From Bacilli bacterium (GTDB lineage: Bacteria > Bacillota_I > Bacilli_A > RF39 > UBA660): 36,056 bases of DNA. The translations under genes and the position numbers were made by a program. The notes below the pieces were generated by a model, which saw only the letters and a program-made list of their open reading frames with translations, had not been told where the DNA came from and did not search any database. Every line of letters starts with the position of its first letter. Within the stretch, counting starts at the first letter, position 1. The DNA is taken from NCBI GenBank assembly GCA_900758895.1, contig CAAETG010000017.1:1-36056 (forward strand), given 5' to 3'. Below are positions 27,001 to 35,167 of the stretch, piece by piece.

Positions 27001-30000
27001 TGTGGTACGGGTAATTTTATAGGAATGTTGCCAGAAACTCTTAATGAATGTAAATTATACGGAGTAGAGCTTGATAAAATATCTGGTAAAATAGCCCAAC
27101 AATTATATCAAAAGAGTTCTATTGCAGTACAAGGATTTGAAAATACTGCACTTCCAGACTCTTTTTTTGATGGTTGTATTGGAAATGTCCCATTTGGAGA
27201 TTTTAAATTACTAGATAAAAAGTATGATAAACACAATTTTTTGATTCACGATTATTTCTTTGCGAAAGCCATAGATAAAGTAAGACCGGGAGGAGTTATT
27301 GCTTTTATCACGAGTAAAGGTACACTTGATAAGGAAAGTCCTACTGTACGAAAATATATTGCTCAAAGAGCAGACCTTTTAGGTGCTATTCGTTTGCCGG
27401 ATAATACTTTCAAAGCAAACGCAGGAACAAAAGTAACTTCAGATATTATATTCCTACAAAAAAGAGATTCTATCACAGATTTAGAGCCAGAGTGGGTGCA
27501 TTTAGATACAAATGAAGATGGTATCAAAATGAATAAATATTTCATAGATCATCCAGAGATGATTTGTGGAAATATGGTAATGGAATCTACACAATTTGGT
27601 ATGGACTCTGCTTGTAAAGCAAATGAAGATACTACACTTGAAGAACAATTAAATAAAGCAATTCAAAATATACACGCTGAAATAAAAGAATATGAATTTG
27701 ATGACATAGAAGAAAATGAGGAAGATTTATCAATTCCTGCTGATGTAAGTGTTAGAAACTTCTCATACACATTAGTAGATAATAAAATATATTATCGTGA
27801 AAACAGTAGAATGTATCCACAAGAATTACCACTTACTACTCAAAATAGAATAAAAGGCTTAATTGAAATTAGAGATTGTGTTAGAACTTTAATTGAACTA
27901 CAAACAGAAGATTATCCAGACGAAGATATAAAGCAAGAACAAAGAAAGTTAAATGTTTTATATGATAATTTTACAAAAAAATATGGTCTTATCAATAGCA
28001 GAGCAAATACCTCTGCTTTTTCTAACGATAATAGTTTTTATTTATTATGTTCGTTAGAAATATTAGATGAAAATAAAGAATTAAAATGCAAGGCTGATAT
28101 GTTCACAAAAAGAACTATTAAGCCAAATATTGAAATAACAAAAGTTGATACTGCCCAAGAAGCATTAGTTGTATCTATATCTGAAAAGGCAAGAGTTGAC
28201 CTTGATTATATGCAAAAATTAACTGGTATGGATATGGATAAAATGATAAAAGATTTAGAGGGACAGATATTCAATGTTCCAACTTACGGTGATCCAAATA
28301 TATGGGTAACTGCTGATGAATATTTGAGTGGTAATGTTAGAGAAAAATTAAAAATAGCCGAAGAATTTTCTAAAACAGATTCAAGGTTTGAAACAAATGT
28401 AAAACATTTAAAAGAAGTACAACCCAAAGATTTAGAAGCAAGTGAAATTGCCGTAAGATTAGGTGCAACGTGGTTGCCACCAGAAGATATAGAAGAATTT
28501 ATGTGGTATTTACTAACTCCATCTTGGTATGTAAAAGATAGTGTGAAAGTTCATTATATGGAAAGTACAGCCCAATGGAGTATTGAAAATAAAAACTATG
28601 ATAGAGGAAATGTAAAAGCCAATTCTACTTTTGGTACTCATAGAGTAAATGCTTATAAAATTATAGAAGAAACACTTAATTTAAAAGATGTAAGAGTTTA
28701 TGATTATACAATAGATGATGAGGGTAGGCGAGTACCAGAATTAAATAAAAAAGAAACGGCTATTGCACAAGCAAAGCAAGAACAAATAAAGAGTGCTTTT
28801 GAAGAATGGATATGGACTGATCCAGAACGTAGACAAAGACTATGTAAAATATATAATGAAAAATTTAATTCAATTCGACCAAGAGAATTTGATGGCTCAC
28901 ATATTAGATTTAATGGAATGAATCCAGAAATAAAACTACGAAAACATCAAATAAATGGAGTAGCAAGAATACTTTATGGAGGTAATACCTTATTAGCACA
29001 CGAAGTTGGAGCAGGGAAAACGTTTACAATGGTTGCTGCAGCTATGGAAGCAAAAAGATTAGGACTATGTAATAAAAGTATGTTTGTAGTACCTAATCAT
29101 ATTGTGGAACAGTTTAGTTCAGAATTTCTGCAATTATATCCATCTGCGAACATTCTCGTAACGACAAAGAAAGACTTTGAAACTGGTAATAGAAAGAAGT
29201 TTTGTTCACGAATCGCAACAGGAGATTATGACGCAGTTATTATCTCACACAGTCAATTTGAAAAAATACCAATGTCTGTTGAAAGACAAACACAAATACT
29301 ACAAAAGCAAATAGATGACATTATGCGAAGCATAGCAGATTTAAAAGAAAATCACGGAGAAAGATTTACTATCAAACAGTTAATGAAAACACAAAAGACT
29401 TTGGAAACAAAATTAAAGAAATTAAATGACACATCAAGAAAAGATGATGTTGTCACATTCGAGGAGTTAGGTGTCGATAGAATATTTGTTGATGAAGCAC
29501 ATTATTATAAAAATCTCTTTCTTTATACAAAGATGAGAAATGTGGGTGGTATTGCCCAAACAGAAGCACAAAAATCTAGTGATTTATATATGAAATGTCG
29601 CTATCTTGATGAATTAACTGATGGAAAAGGTGTTACGTTTGCCACAGGAACACCAGTAAGTAATAGTATGGTAGAATTATATACAATGCAAAGATATTTG
29701 CAGTATGCAGAACTTGAAAAAAGAAATCTCCAAAACTTTGACGCTTGGGCTTCGACCTTTGGAGAAACAGTAACTGCCATAGAACTTGCACCAGAGGGTA
29801 CAGGTTATCGTGCTAAAACAAGATTTGCAAAATTCTATAATCTACCAGAATTACTTGCAATGTTTAAAGAAGTTGCTGATATTCAAACATCAGATATGCT
29901 TAATCTACCAGTACCAAAAGCAAACTATGAAAATGTTGTGGTAAAGCCTACTGAATTACAAAAAGAAATGGTTGCAGAACTTGCAGAGCGTGCTGAAAGA

Positions 30001-31404
30001 GTAAGGAATAAAATGGTGGACTCATCTATTGATAATATGCTTAAAATTACGAATGATGGTAGAAAATTAGCACTAGACCAAAGACTTATGAATGAAATAT
30101 TACCAGATGATCCAAACAGTAAAGTGGCTACCTGTGCTAAAAATATTTATCGTATATGGGAAGAAAATAAAGACCAAAAACTTACTCAACTTGTATTCTG
30201 TGACTTGTCCACTCCACACAATGACGGTAAGTTTAATGTATATGATGACTTAAAGAAAAAACTAGAAGAAATGGGTGTACCAGAAGATGAAGTACAATTT
30301 ATTCATTATGCAAATACTGATATTAGAAAGAAAGAATTATTTGCAAAAGTTAGGAAAGGAATTACCAGAGTTTTAATGGGCAGTACCCAGAAGATGGGTG
30401 CTGGAACTAACTGCCAAGATAAACTTATAGCATTACACGATCTTGACTGTCCGTGGCGACCTAGCGATTTAATACAACGCTCTGGAAGAATTGTCAGACA
30501 AGGAAATAATAATCCAGAGGTGTTTATCTATCGCTATGTAACTGAGGGAACATTTGACGCATATCTTTATCAGTTGGTAGAAAATAAACAAAGATTTATT
30601 TCACAAATAATGACATCTAAAACCCCAGTAAGAAGTGCAGAAGATATTGATGAAACAGCTTTATCTTATGCTGAAATTAAATCTCTTGCTTCTGGTAATC
30701 CTCTAATAATTGAAAAGACAGAACTTGATACAGAGGTTGCTAAATTAAAATTATTAAAGCAAAGTCATTTAAGTCAGATATATGCAATAGAAGATAAAAT
30801 AATTAAATATTATCCTAATGAAATTAAAAGATTAGAAACAAAAATATTAGATTTAAAAGAAGATATAGGACTATTAAATAGTCATTTGCAGACTGAAGAA
30901 ATCAAGTTTGATAGTATGGTTATTAAAGATAAAACCTATACAGATAGAATGGAAGCAGGAAATAAAATATTAGAAATTTGTAAAGGTATGACTAATCCAG
31001 AGCCAATAGAATTGGGAGAATATAAAGGATTTAAAACAAGTATTGAGTTCGATAAAATAGGAAGAACTTTTAACTTGATTTTAAAAAATAAATTGTCTTA
31101 TGAAGTTAGTTTAGGAACTGATCCTAGTGGAAATATTACACGTATTGATAATAAATTAAAAGATATAAACGAAATATTAAAAGATACTATAACATCACTA
31201 GAAGATACCAAATTACAATTTGAAAATGCAAAAGAAGAAGCAAAAAGACCTTTCAAACAAGAGCAAGAATTAAAAGAAAAATCTAAAAGATTAGATGAAT
31301 TAAATATAAAATTAAATATGAATGATAAGGAAAAAGAAGTAATAGATTTCTCTGATAATGAAGAAGTAGAGTGTCAAACCTACGAAAAGGCTTATGCAAG
31401 ATAA
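24031..31404 (+). CDS. Polyvalent conjugative-element protein: ArdC-N-like domain, disordered linker, YodL-like region, N6-adenine DNA methyltransferase, SNF2/DEAD-like helicase, coiled-coil tail
   Basis: Uninterrupted 2457-codon ORF. N-terminus NYKYSFSDQALIYAQ...WNRSFKRWVNKGATGIALL. MTase motif I LEPACGTGNF (~26986-27024) and motif IV GNVPFG (27181-27198). Helicase Walker A HEVGAGKT (~28996-29026), DEAH (VDEAHYYKN, ~29488-29512) and motif VI QRSGRIVRQGN (~30474-30510). The true start may be the TTG at 24046, 6 nt after GGAGGTG (MARRIRDITELYG). Confidence 0.9.
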   Translation: MEVTILARRIRDITELYGETLKEISKSPDEWLSFMECAAMNYKYSFSDQALIYAQKPETVACAEIETWNRSFKRWVNKGATGIALLTEKNGYPFLRYVFDVSDTNSRLGKNFLLWTVTKAYEENVIEALENRYGELENKTSLATAIISSAYNMVEDNLPDYLEDLKQFSDNSMLGSQDDNHIKATYQTLLSNSVAFMMMKRCGIDPTEYFKADDFKDIQEFNTYDTITRLGIATSDISEMGLREIYATIKNVRKNEIDKIRTFDKEKQIDYDISENRNIESERSEEYAKSNLHNAGRLQNTRPNVATEREERSQWEIRIDEAKLPKRTQESIIHNTPNERPVDGTSIRDTGTIRNESGTISITDDDKREYQRGIETTRPDEVGRLNEQLEDDSRGDNNERTNLQLGVFDKDSHHCPYVVIDAKVNQILSSANLKVTNEEIRNYFETEKDKTKRAEYLKNAFDNVYVGIYVGTELYGYKAFDNGLLIWKGNFLSRDTESFISWEDLTEHYNSMILLKQLYDRKQKLPTEKEQLSLLDLTEEQERPELEFSQEFIDTFFQEQNSERKYYIYRQLQSSLSTSDNITFLKNLYGISGSSHTVKGSGVGFNSNGKGITLYRGYEADEIEVLLKWNTIEKRLKELISLDRYLNPKEKEYYPTWLEKYENSQREEYKDENVLEQEEQNDIEIVEQQEDFIEEYEYHLGDKVYIGAEEYEILSFDENTVRLYDYQYPLFNKEMTREEFDRKVQENPANDHLKVKKSKTVEEITPKEETKEEIQEQTPQVDDLVGEHLTIDNREFIVDTIHNDRVSLRDVTFQGATGFPIFREENIDYVKELLTEKEKTEFVPAFEKKKKSKVTTFDLHPEIKNEDRHNFHITDDMLGIGTDREKFNRNVEAIKVLKLCEKENRFATPEEQKVLSQYVGWGGLPQAFDEKNSSWASEYLELKNLLDEDEYKSAMESTLTAFYTPPVVIRTMYKALEQMGMKTANILEPACGTGNFIGMLPETLNECKLYGVELDKISGKIAQQLYQKSSIAVQGFENTALPDSFFDGCIGNVPFGDFKLLDKKYDKHNFLIHDYFFAKAIDKVRPGGVIAFITSKGTLDKESPTVRKYIAQRADLLGAIRLPDNTFKANAGTKVTSDIIFLQKRDSITDLEPEWVHLDTNEDGIKMNKYFIDHPEMICGNMVMESTQFGMDSACKANEDTTLEEQLNKAIQNIHAEIKEYEFDDIEENEEDLSIPADVSVRNFSYTLVDNKIYYRENSRMYPQELPLTTQNRIKGLIEIRDCVRTLIELQTEDYPDEDIKQEQRKLNVLYDNFTKKYGLINSRANTSAFSNDNSFYLLCSLEILDENKELKCKADMFTKRTIKPNIEITKVDTAQEALVVSISEKARVDLDYMQKLTGMDMDKMIKDLEGQIFNVPTYGDPNIWVTADEYLSGNVREKLKIAEEFSKTDSRFETNVKHLKEVQPKDLEASEIAVRLGATWLPPEDIEEFMWYLLTPSWYVKDSVKVHYMESTAQWSIENKNYDRGNVKANSTFGTHRVNAYKIIEETLNLKDVRVYDYTIDDEGRRVPELNKKETAIAQAKQEQIKSAFEEWIWTDPERRQRLCKIYNEKFNSIRPREFDGSHIRFNGMNPEIKLRKHQINGVARILYGGNTLLAHEVGAGKTFTMVAAAMEAKRLGLCNKSMFVVPNHIVEQFSSEFLQLYPSANILVTTKKDFETGNRKKFCSRIATGDYDAVIISHSQFEKIPMSVERQTQILQKQIDDIMRSIADLKENHGERFTIKQLMKTQKTLETKLKKLNDTSRKDDVVTFEELGVDRIFVDEAHYYKNLFLYTKMRNVGGIAQTEAQKSSDLYMKCRYLDELTDGKGVTFATGTPVSNSMVELYTMQRYLQYAELEKRNLQNFDAWASTFGETVTAIELAPEGTGYRAKTRFAKFYNLPELLAMFKEVADIQTSDMLNLPVPKANYENVVVKPTELQKEMVAELAERAERVRNKMVDSSIDNMLKITNDGRKLALDQRLMNEILPDDPNSKVATCAKNIYRIWEENKDQKLTQLVFCDLSTPHNDGKFNVYDDLKKKLEEMGVPEDEVQFIHYANTDIRKKELFAKVRKGITRVLMGSTQKMGAGTNCQDKLIALHDLDCPWRPSDLIQRSGRIVRQGNNNPEVFIYRYVTEGTFDAYLYQLVENKQRFISQIMTSKTPVRSAEDIDETALSYAEIKSLASGNPLIIEKTELDTEVAKLKLLKQSHLSQIYAIEDKIIKYYPNEIKRLETKILDLKEDIGLLNSHLQTEEIKFDSMVIKDKTYTDRMEAGNKILEICKGMTNPEPIELGEYKGFKTSIEFDKIGRTFNLILKNKLSYEVSLGTDPSGNITRIDNKLKDINEILKDTITSLEDTKLQFENAKEEAKRPFKQEQELKEKSKRLDELNIKLNMNDKEKEVIDFSDNEEVECQTYEKAYAR
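24890..25246 (+). CDS. TnpV-family protein, nested in the +1 frame inside the polyvalent gene
   Basis: ATG at 24890 lies 8 nt after AAAGGAG (24875-24881). The 118-aa product MQKVTYTMQGDYKIPDLMLPP...YLKEHKKALYTTLL....L.EHLSEIQEQ...DQMKWVGLMNNLKMIAEEITMKELIYN matches my recollection of the TnpV family (Tn4451-type) along its whole length. Confidence 0.6.
   Translation: MQKVTYTMQGDYKIPDLMLPPKERKEVNGKYALMRLNYLKEHKKALYTTLLMKDQLMEHLSEIQEQSEMRVEQLVSQMMIKENINEELKQQDQMKWVGLMNNLKMIAEEITMKELIYN
26342..26378 (+). repeat. 37-nt exact repeat, copy B
   Basis: Identical to 19533-19569. The preceding ACTCCAAAAGAAGAAAC (from 26323) also resembles 19421-19437. Confidence 0.9.
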
Positions 31405-31465
31405 TTTGCACATTTGTTTATCTTCTTTTGATTATTTATAATGGTTGCAGGAAAGGAAGAATTAT

Positions 31466-31726
31466 ATGTCAAGTGAAGATTTTGAATTGATGAATAAATT
31501 GTCTATAAACATTATGATTTATAGAATAAAAGCCAACTTGAGTCAAGAAGAATTATCAATAATTATAGGCAAACCCAAAGATTATATTGAAAGATTAGAA
31601 AGCCTTAAATTGAAAAAGATTCCTCCTGTGGCTGTTGTAATAGATATATGTAAAACATTAAATACCAGTTTGGAATCTTTAATAGGAGAAAATTATTTTC
31701 AAAAAATTGTTATGGAGGGAATTTAA
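31466..31726 (+). CDS. XRE-family helix-turn-helix protein
   Basis: ATG at 31466 after GAAAGGAAG. The ...ANLSQEELSIIIGKPKDYIERLE... segment is a Cro/C1-type HTH. Confidence 0.75.
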   Translation: MSSEDFELMNKLSINIMIYRIKANLSQEELSIIIGKPKDYIERLESLKLKKIPPVAVVIDICKTLNTSLESLIGENYFQKIVMEGI

Positions 31727-31727
31727 A

Positions 31728-31967
31728 ATGAGTGATAATAATTGTAGGTTGAAAACAATAGTTACAAACAATATTAAATATTATCGAGAGCAAAATAATT
31801 TAAGTCGAGAGGAATTATCAGTAAGACTTGGTAAGACAAAAAAGTTTATAGAAAATTTGGAACAAGAAAAATATAAGAAAGAGCCAACACTTGTTTTAGT
31901 AGAGAATATATCAATTATTCTAAATGTTCCAATAGTAAAATTCTTTACTGAAAGGGAAAGCGATTAG
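31728..31967 (+). CDS. XRE-family helix-turn-helix protein (tandem paralogue)
   Basis: ATG at 31728, 8 nt after GGAGGG. QNNLSREELSVRLGKTKKFIENLE is collinear with the preceding gene. Confidence 0.75.
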   Translation: MSDNNCRLKTIVTNNIKYYREQNNLSREELSVRLGKTKKFIENLEQEKYKKEPTLVLVENISIILNVPIVKFFTERESD

Positions 31968-31988
31968 AGAAATCTAGTTGCTTTTTTT
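31959..31988 (+). terminator. Rho-independent terminator
   Basis: Stem AGCGATTAG / CTAGTTGCT (with G.U pairs) overlapping the stop codon, then T6-7. Confidence 0.5.
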
Positions 31989-32023
31989 ATTGCAATTAAA
32001 AACAAAGAAAGGTGGAAAATATT

Positions 32024-32359
32024 ATGAATATTAGAGAAGAATTATATAGTAAAATGGAAAAAGAGTATGATCTTTTTATTGAGAATTTAAAACAATTATC
32101 TCCGGAAAAAATTATAGATAGTGCCTATGAAAAAGTTATGAAAGAGGAACTTGTTTCAATGTTTTATCCAGAATATGAGAAGTATGATATTAGTGATATT
32201 AAAGCATTAAATAAATGTGAAAAGCCACTTGAAGAACTTTATCAAGGATGGATGGATTTTGATGGAGGAATACACGAGTCATTAGAATATAGTATAGATG
32301 ATACAATAGAAACTTTAAAAAGAGAACAAAAAGAAAAGAATAAATCTATGGAAAGGTAG
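32024..32359 (+). CDS. Conjugative-element protein (DUF3848-like)
   Basis: ATG at 32024 after AAGGTGG. The L.QLSPEKIIDSAYEKVMKEELV pattern recalls the DUF3848 family, which is common next to Toprim/primase-like genes in Firmicutes ICEs. Confidence 0.5.
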   Translation: MNIREELYSKMEKEYDLFIENLKQLSPEKIIDSAYEKVMKEELVSMFYPEYEKYDISDIKALNKCEKPLEELYQGWMDFDGGIHESLEYSIDDTIETLKREQKEKNKSMER

Positions 32360-32367
32360 TGATATAT

Positions 32368-33327
32368 ATGGCTTACTACCCACCAGAGATTATTCAAAAA
32401 GTAAAACAAATGGACTTACTAACTTATTTAAAAAACTATGAGCCAGAAGAATTAGTACAGTTCAATAGAAATACTTTTATGACCAAAACTCACGATAGTT
32501 TAAAAATAAGTAATGGTATGTGGTATTGGTTTTCAAGAGGAATTGGTGGCAAAAGTGCATTAGAATATTTAATACAAGTAAAAGAATATTCTTTTTTAGA
32601 AGCAGTAGAAACTATTGTTGGTAAAGTAGCAGTTGTACCACCAAGACCTTATAAAAGTTACTCTACAAAAAAGGAAAATAGATTATATTTACCAAAGAAA
32701 GCACCAAATAATGATAAGGCAAAAGCATATCTAGTTAGTAGAGGAATTGATGAAAATATCATACAAGAATGTATAGATAATGATTTGATTTATCAAGATT
32801 ATCCTAACAATAATGTTGTGTTTGTTGGATATGATAACAATAAAAACGCAAGGTATGCAATGTGTAGAGGAACAAATGAAAGTAGATATATGAAAGAAGC
32901 AACAGGAAGCCATAAGGCTTTTTCTTTTAGATTAGAGGCACTAGAAAAAACAGATAAAATACACCTATTTGAAAGTGCTATTGATTTACTTTCTTATGCT
33001 ACTTTGATGAAAATATATAACCTTGAATGGTATAATGAAACACTTATATCATTAGGAGGAGTTTATCAACCTGCCAAAGAAATAAAGGATAGTTCATTAC
33101 CAATTTCTTTAAAATATTATCTTAATGAACATCCAGAAATTAAAAAGATTATTCTCCATTTAGATAATGACAATGCAGGTAGAAACTCATCATTAGCAAT
33201 TCAAACATTGCTAAAAGATAAGTATGAAATCATTGATGATCCACCAAAAGTTGGAAAGGACGTCAATGATTTTTTGTGTAAAAAATTAGGAATAAATCCA
33301 AAGAAAAACAGAGAAAGGGAAAGGTAA
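32368..33327 (+). CDS. DUF3991/Toprim domain protein (primase-like)
   Basis: ATG at 32368. Toprim Glu (LFESAIDLLSYA) and DxD (LHLDNDNAGR) motifs. The N-terminal region is typical of DUF3991 proteins. Confidence 0.8.
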   Translation: MAYYPPEIIQKVKQMDLLTYLKNYEPEELVQFNRNTFMTKTHDSLKISNGMWYWFSRGIGGKSALEYLIQVKEYSFLEAVETIVGKVAVVPPRPYKSYSTKKENRLYLPKKAPNNDKAKAYLVSRGIDENIIQECIDNDLIYQDYPNNNVVFVGYDNNKNARYAMCRGTNESRYMKEATGSHKAFSFRLEALEKTDKIHLFESAIDLLSYATLMKIYNLEWYNETLISLGGVYQPAKEIKDSSLPISLKYYLNEHPEIKKIILHLDNDNAGRNSSLAIQTLLKDKYEIIDDPPKVGKDVNDFLCKKLGINPKKNRERER

Positions 33328-33331
33328 AATT

Positions 33332-33874
33332 ATGAGATTTGATTATTATAAATTAGCAAAAATTTTAAAGGACAGAAGAAATCAATTAAAACTTACAATA
33401 AGAGATATTGAAGATTTAATTGATGTAAGTCATAGTGAAATATCACGAATTGAAAATGGTTTTAAGCCAAAAATTGATGTAGTAACTTTAATAAAATTAT
33501 GCGAAATTTTAGATTTGGATTTTGTGAATTTATTAAAAGAAACTAATTATTTAGTTGGTAAAAATTTTAGAAAGAGAGGAATGGAAAGTATGAAAAAGTT
33601 TAAAGTTTTAGTACAAAAATCAAAACAAATTGAAATGGAAGTTGGAGCAGAAAGTGAAGAAAAAGCAGTTGAAATGGTAGATGAAATTTTAAATGAAGTA
33701 GATTTATTTGAGTTAGATGGAATGGAAATTGCAAATGAATTTACTGAAATGGAAATTGAAGAAGTTGAAGATGATAATGAAGAAATCGAGGAAGAATTTA
33801 CAGAAGAAACTAATGAAAAATGTTGTAAAAATTGCCCATATTTTTGTTCAGAATGTGGAAGATGTTTACTTTAA
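33332..33874 (+). CDS. XRE HTH protein fused to a DpnD/PcfM-like module, an acidic stretch and a C-terminal Cys cluster
   Basis: Residues 1-70 form an HTH (LTIRDIEDLIDVSHSEISRIENG). From an internal ATG at 33590 the sequence reads MKKFKVLVQKSKQIEMEVGAESEEKAVEMVDEIL. The tail is CCKNCPYFCSECGRCLL. Confidence 0.65.
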   Translation: MRFDYYKLAKILKDRRNQLKLTIRDIEDLIDVSHSEISRIENGFKPKIDVVTLIKLCEILDLDFVNLLKETNYLVGKNFRKRGMESMKKFKVLVQKSKQIEMEVGAESEEKAVEMVDEILNEVDLFELDGMEIANEFTEMEIEEVEDDNEEIEEEFTEETNEKCCKNCPYFCSECGRCLL

Positions 33875-33915
33875 GAACAGGCTATCTTCAAGAAAGGTAT
33901 GTCCTAGCCAGCACT

Positions 33916-33959
33916 GAATATATACTCCCGTATATATTCGTATGTGGGGAAAGTCCCCA
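33916..33959. other. Candidate oriT inverted-repeat cluster
   Basis: Perfect 10-bp inverted repeat GAATATATAC-tccc-GTATATATTC (33916-33939), followed by TGGGGA-aag-TCCCCA (33945-33959). Lies in non-coding DNA upstream of the DUF3789-like/mobC pair. Confidence 0.35.
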
Positions 33960-33978
33960 AACCTCTTATGAGAATATC

Positions 33979-34013
33979 AGAGCCAATATTTAAAAATATG
34001 TTGGCTCTTTTTC
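33979..34013 (+). terminator. Rho-independent terminator
   Basis: Stem AGAGCCAA (33979-33986) / TTGGCTCT (34001-34008) followed by a T-run. Confidence 0.55.
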
Positions 34014-34047
34014 TTATTAAAAAATATGAGAGAAAGGAAAATGAAAT

Positions 34048-34203
34048 ATGAAAGAATTATTATTTTTTATAATGGGTTTGATCATTGGTGGTTTATCAAT
34101 GACAACTCTTATGTGTTGTTTACAGATTAACAGAATAAATGAAATGGAAGCAAAATGTGCAGAGTTAGAAAAAGCAAATACGGAGGTGCAAGATGAGAAA
34201 TAG
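34048..34203 (+). CDS. Small membrane protein (DUF3789-like; not in the ORF track)
   Basis: ATG at 34048 after AGAAAGGAAA. Encodes MKELLFFIMGLIIGGLSMTTLMCCLQINRINEMEAKCAELEKANTEVQDEK. Overlaps the mobC start by 11 nt. Proteins of this type commonly precede mobC in Firmicutes elements. Confidence 0.5.
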   Translation: MKELLFFIMGLIIGGLSMTTLMCCLQINRINEMEAKCAELEKANTEVQDEK

Positions 34204-34522
34204 AAATATAAAAAAACAAGTATGGCTTAATAGAGAAGAAGCAACACAATTAAAAAAGAAAGCAAAGAAAGTTGGACTTAATGAATCGGAGTTATTAAGA
34301 AACTTGATTATAGGTTTTGAGCCGAGAGAAAAACCGGGCGAAGAATTTTATGACACAATGAAAGAGATGAGAGCAATAGGAAATAATCTTAATCAAATTG
34401 CAAGAAAAGCACACTCACTTAATTTCATTGATGAGCCACTATATAGAAAAGAAGCAGAAAAGTGGAATCAGTTTATGCTTAAAGTAAAAAAAGAATATTT
34501 ACTACCGAAAGAAAATAAATAA
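34193..34522 (+). CDS. mobC: Relaxosome accessory protein MobC
   Basis: ATG 4 nt after GGAGGTG. Contains the MobC-family hallmark IGNNLNQIARKAH. Confidence 0.85.
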   Translation: MRNRNIKKQVWLNREEATQLKKKAKKVGLNESELLRNLIIGFEPREKPGEEFYDTMKEMRAIGNNLNQIARKAHSLNFIDEPLYRKEAEKWNQFMLKVKKEYLLPKENK

Positions 34523-34627
34523 TACCACTACAATATTCTCCAATAGTATAGATTATTTTTTGTTTTAATGATATAATTAGCACAACAAACAAATCGTTAA
34601 ATAGTAATGTGTAGAGAGGATTAGAAA

Positions 34628-35167
34628 ATGAATTTAGAACAATTAAAAAAAGATTGCATAAAAAAACAAAAGAAAGGTATCCATTTTATTCTTGCGTCAA
34701 TAGTAATATGGACTATGGTTTTAATGGTACAATTAACAAGTTTTCCTATATTAACAAAAAATCTATTAACATTTTGTTGTATAGCACCATTATTGCCAAT
34801 ATCGTTTTTAATATCCAAAATATTGAAAATACAATTTCAAGATAAAAGTAATCCATTAAATAATTTAGGTATATTATTTTCTGCAAATCAAATGATATAT
34901 CTTTTAATAGCAATGTGGGTTTATCCTACATTGCCAGATAAAATGTTAATGGTTATTGCTATGATTTTTGGAGCTCATTTATTACCTTATGGTTGGTTAT
35001 ATAATTCAAAATCATATATGGCATTGTCAATAATTATTCCAATATTATCTCTAATAGTTGGTTTGAATTTTGCAAGTTATATTCTTGCAATGATGATGAT
35101 AGTAATAGAAATAATATTTAGTGTACTTTTATTATTTGAAAATAAGAAAATAGGAAATAATAGTTAG
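34628..35167 (+). CDS. Hypothetical polytopic membrane protein
   Basis: GAGAGGA RBS, 179 aa, about 5 TM segments. No family recognised. Confidence 0.55.
   Translation: MNLEQLKKDCIKKQKKGIHFILASIVIWTMVLMVQLTSFPILTKNLLTFCCIAPLLPISFLISKILKIQFQDKSNPLNNLGILFSANQMIYLLIAMWVYPTLPDKMLMVIAMIFGAHLLPYGWLYNSKSYMALSIIIPILSLIVGLNFASYILAMMMIVIEIIFSVLLLFENKKIGNNS

Noticed and set aside
33820-33874. Cys-rich C-terminal tail (CCKNCPYFCSECGRCLL) as a RiPP/SCIFF-type precursor
   Set aside because: There is no radical-SAM or other maturase gene nearby. The peptide is the end of a 180-aa HTH protein rather than a short leader-core precursor. It is kept only as a remark inside the fusion-protein finding.
6373-34845. 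Plus-strand alternative-frame ORFs 6373..6576, 16795..16980, 18926..19108, 33717..33917, 34654..34845
   Set aside because: They overlap strongly supported genes or terminator/intergenic DNA. They have no RBS and no recognisable family. This contrasts with the nested 24890..25246 ORF, which has both.
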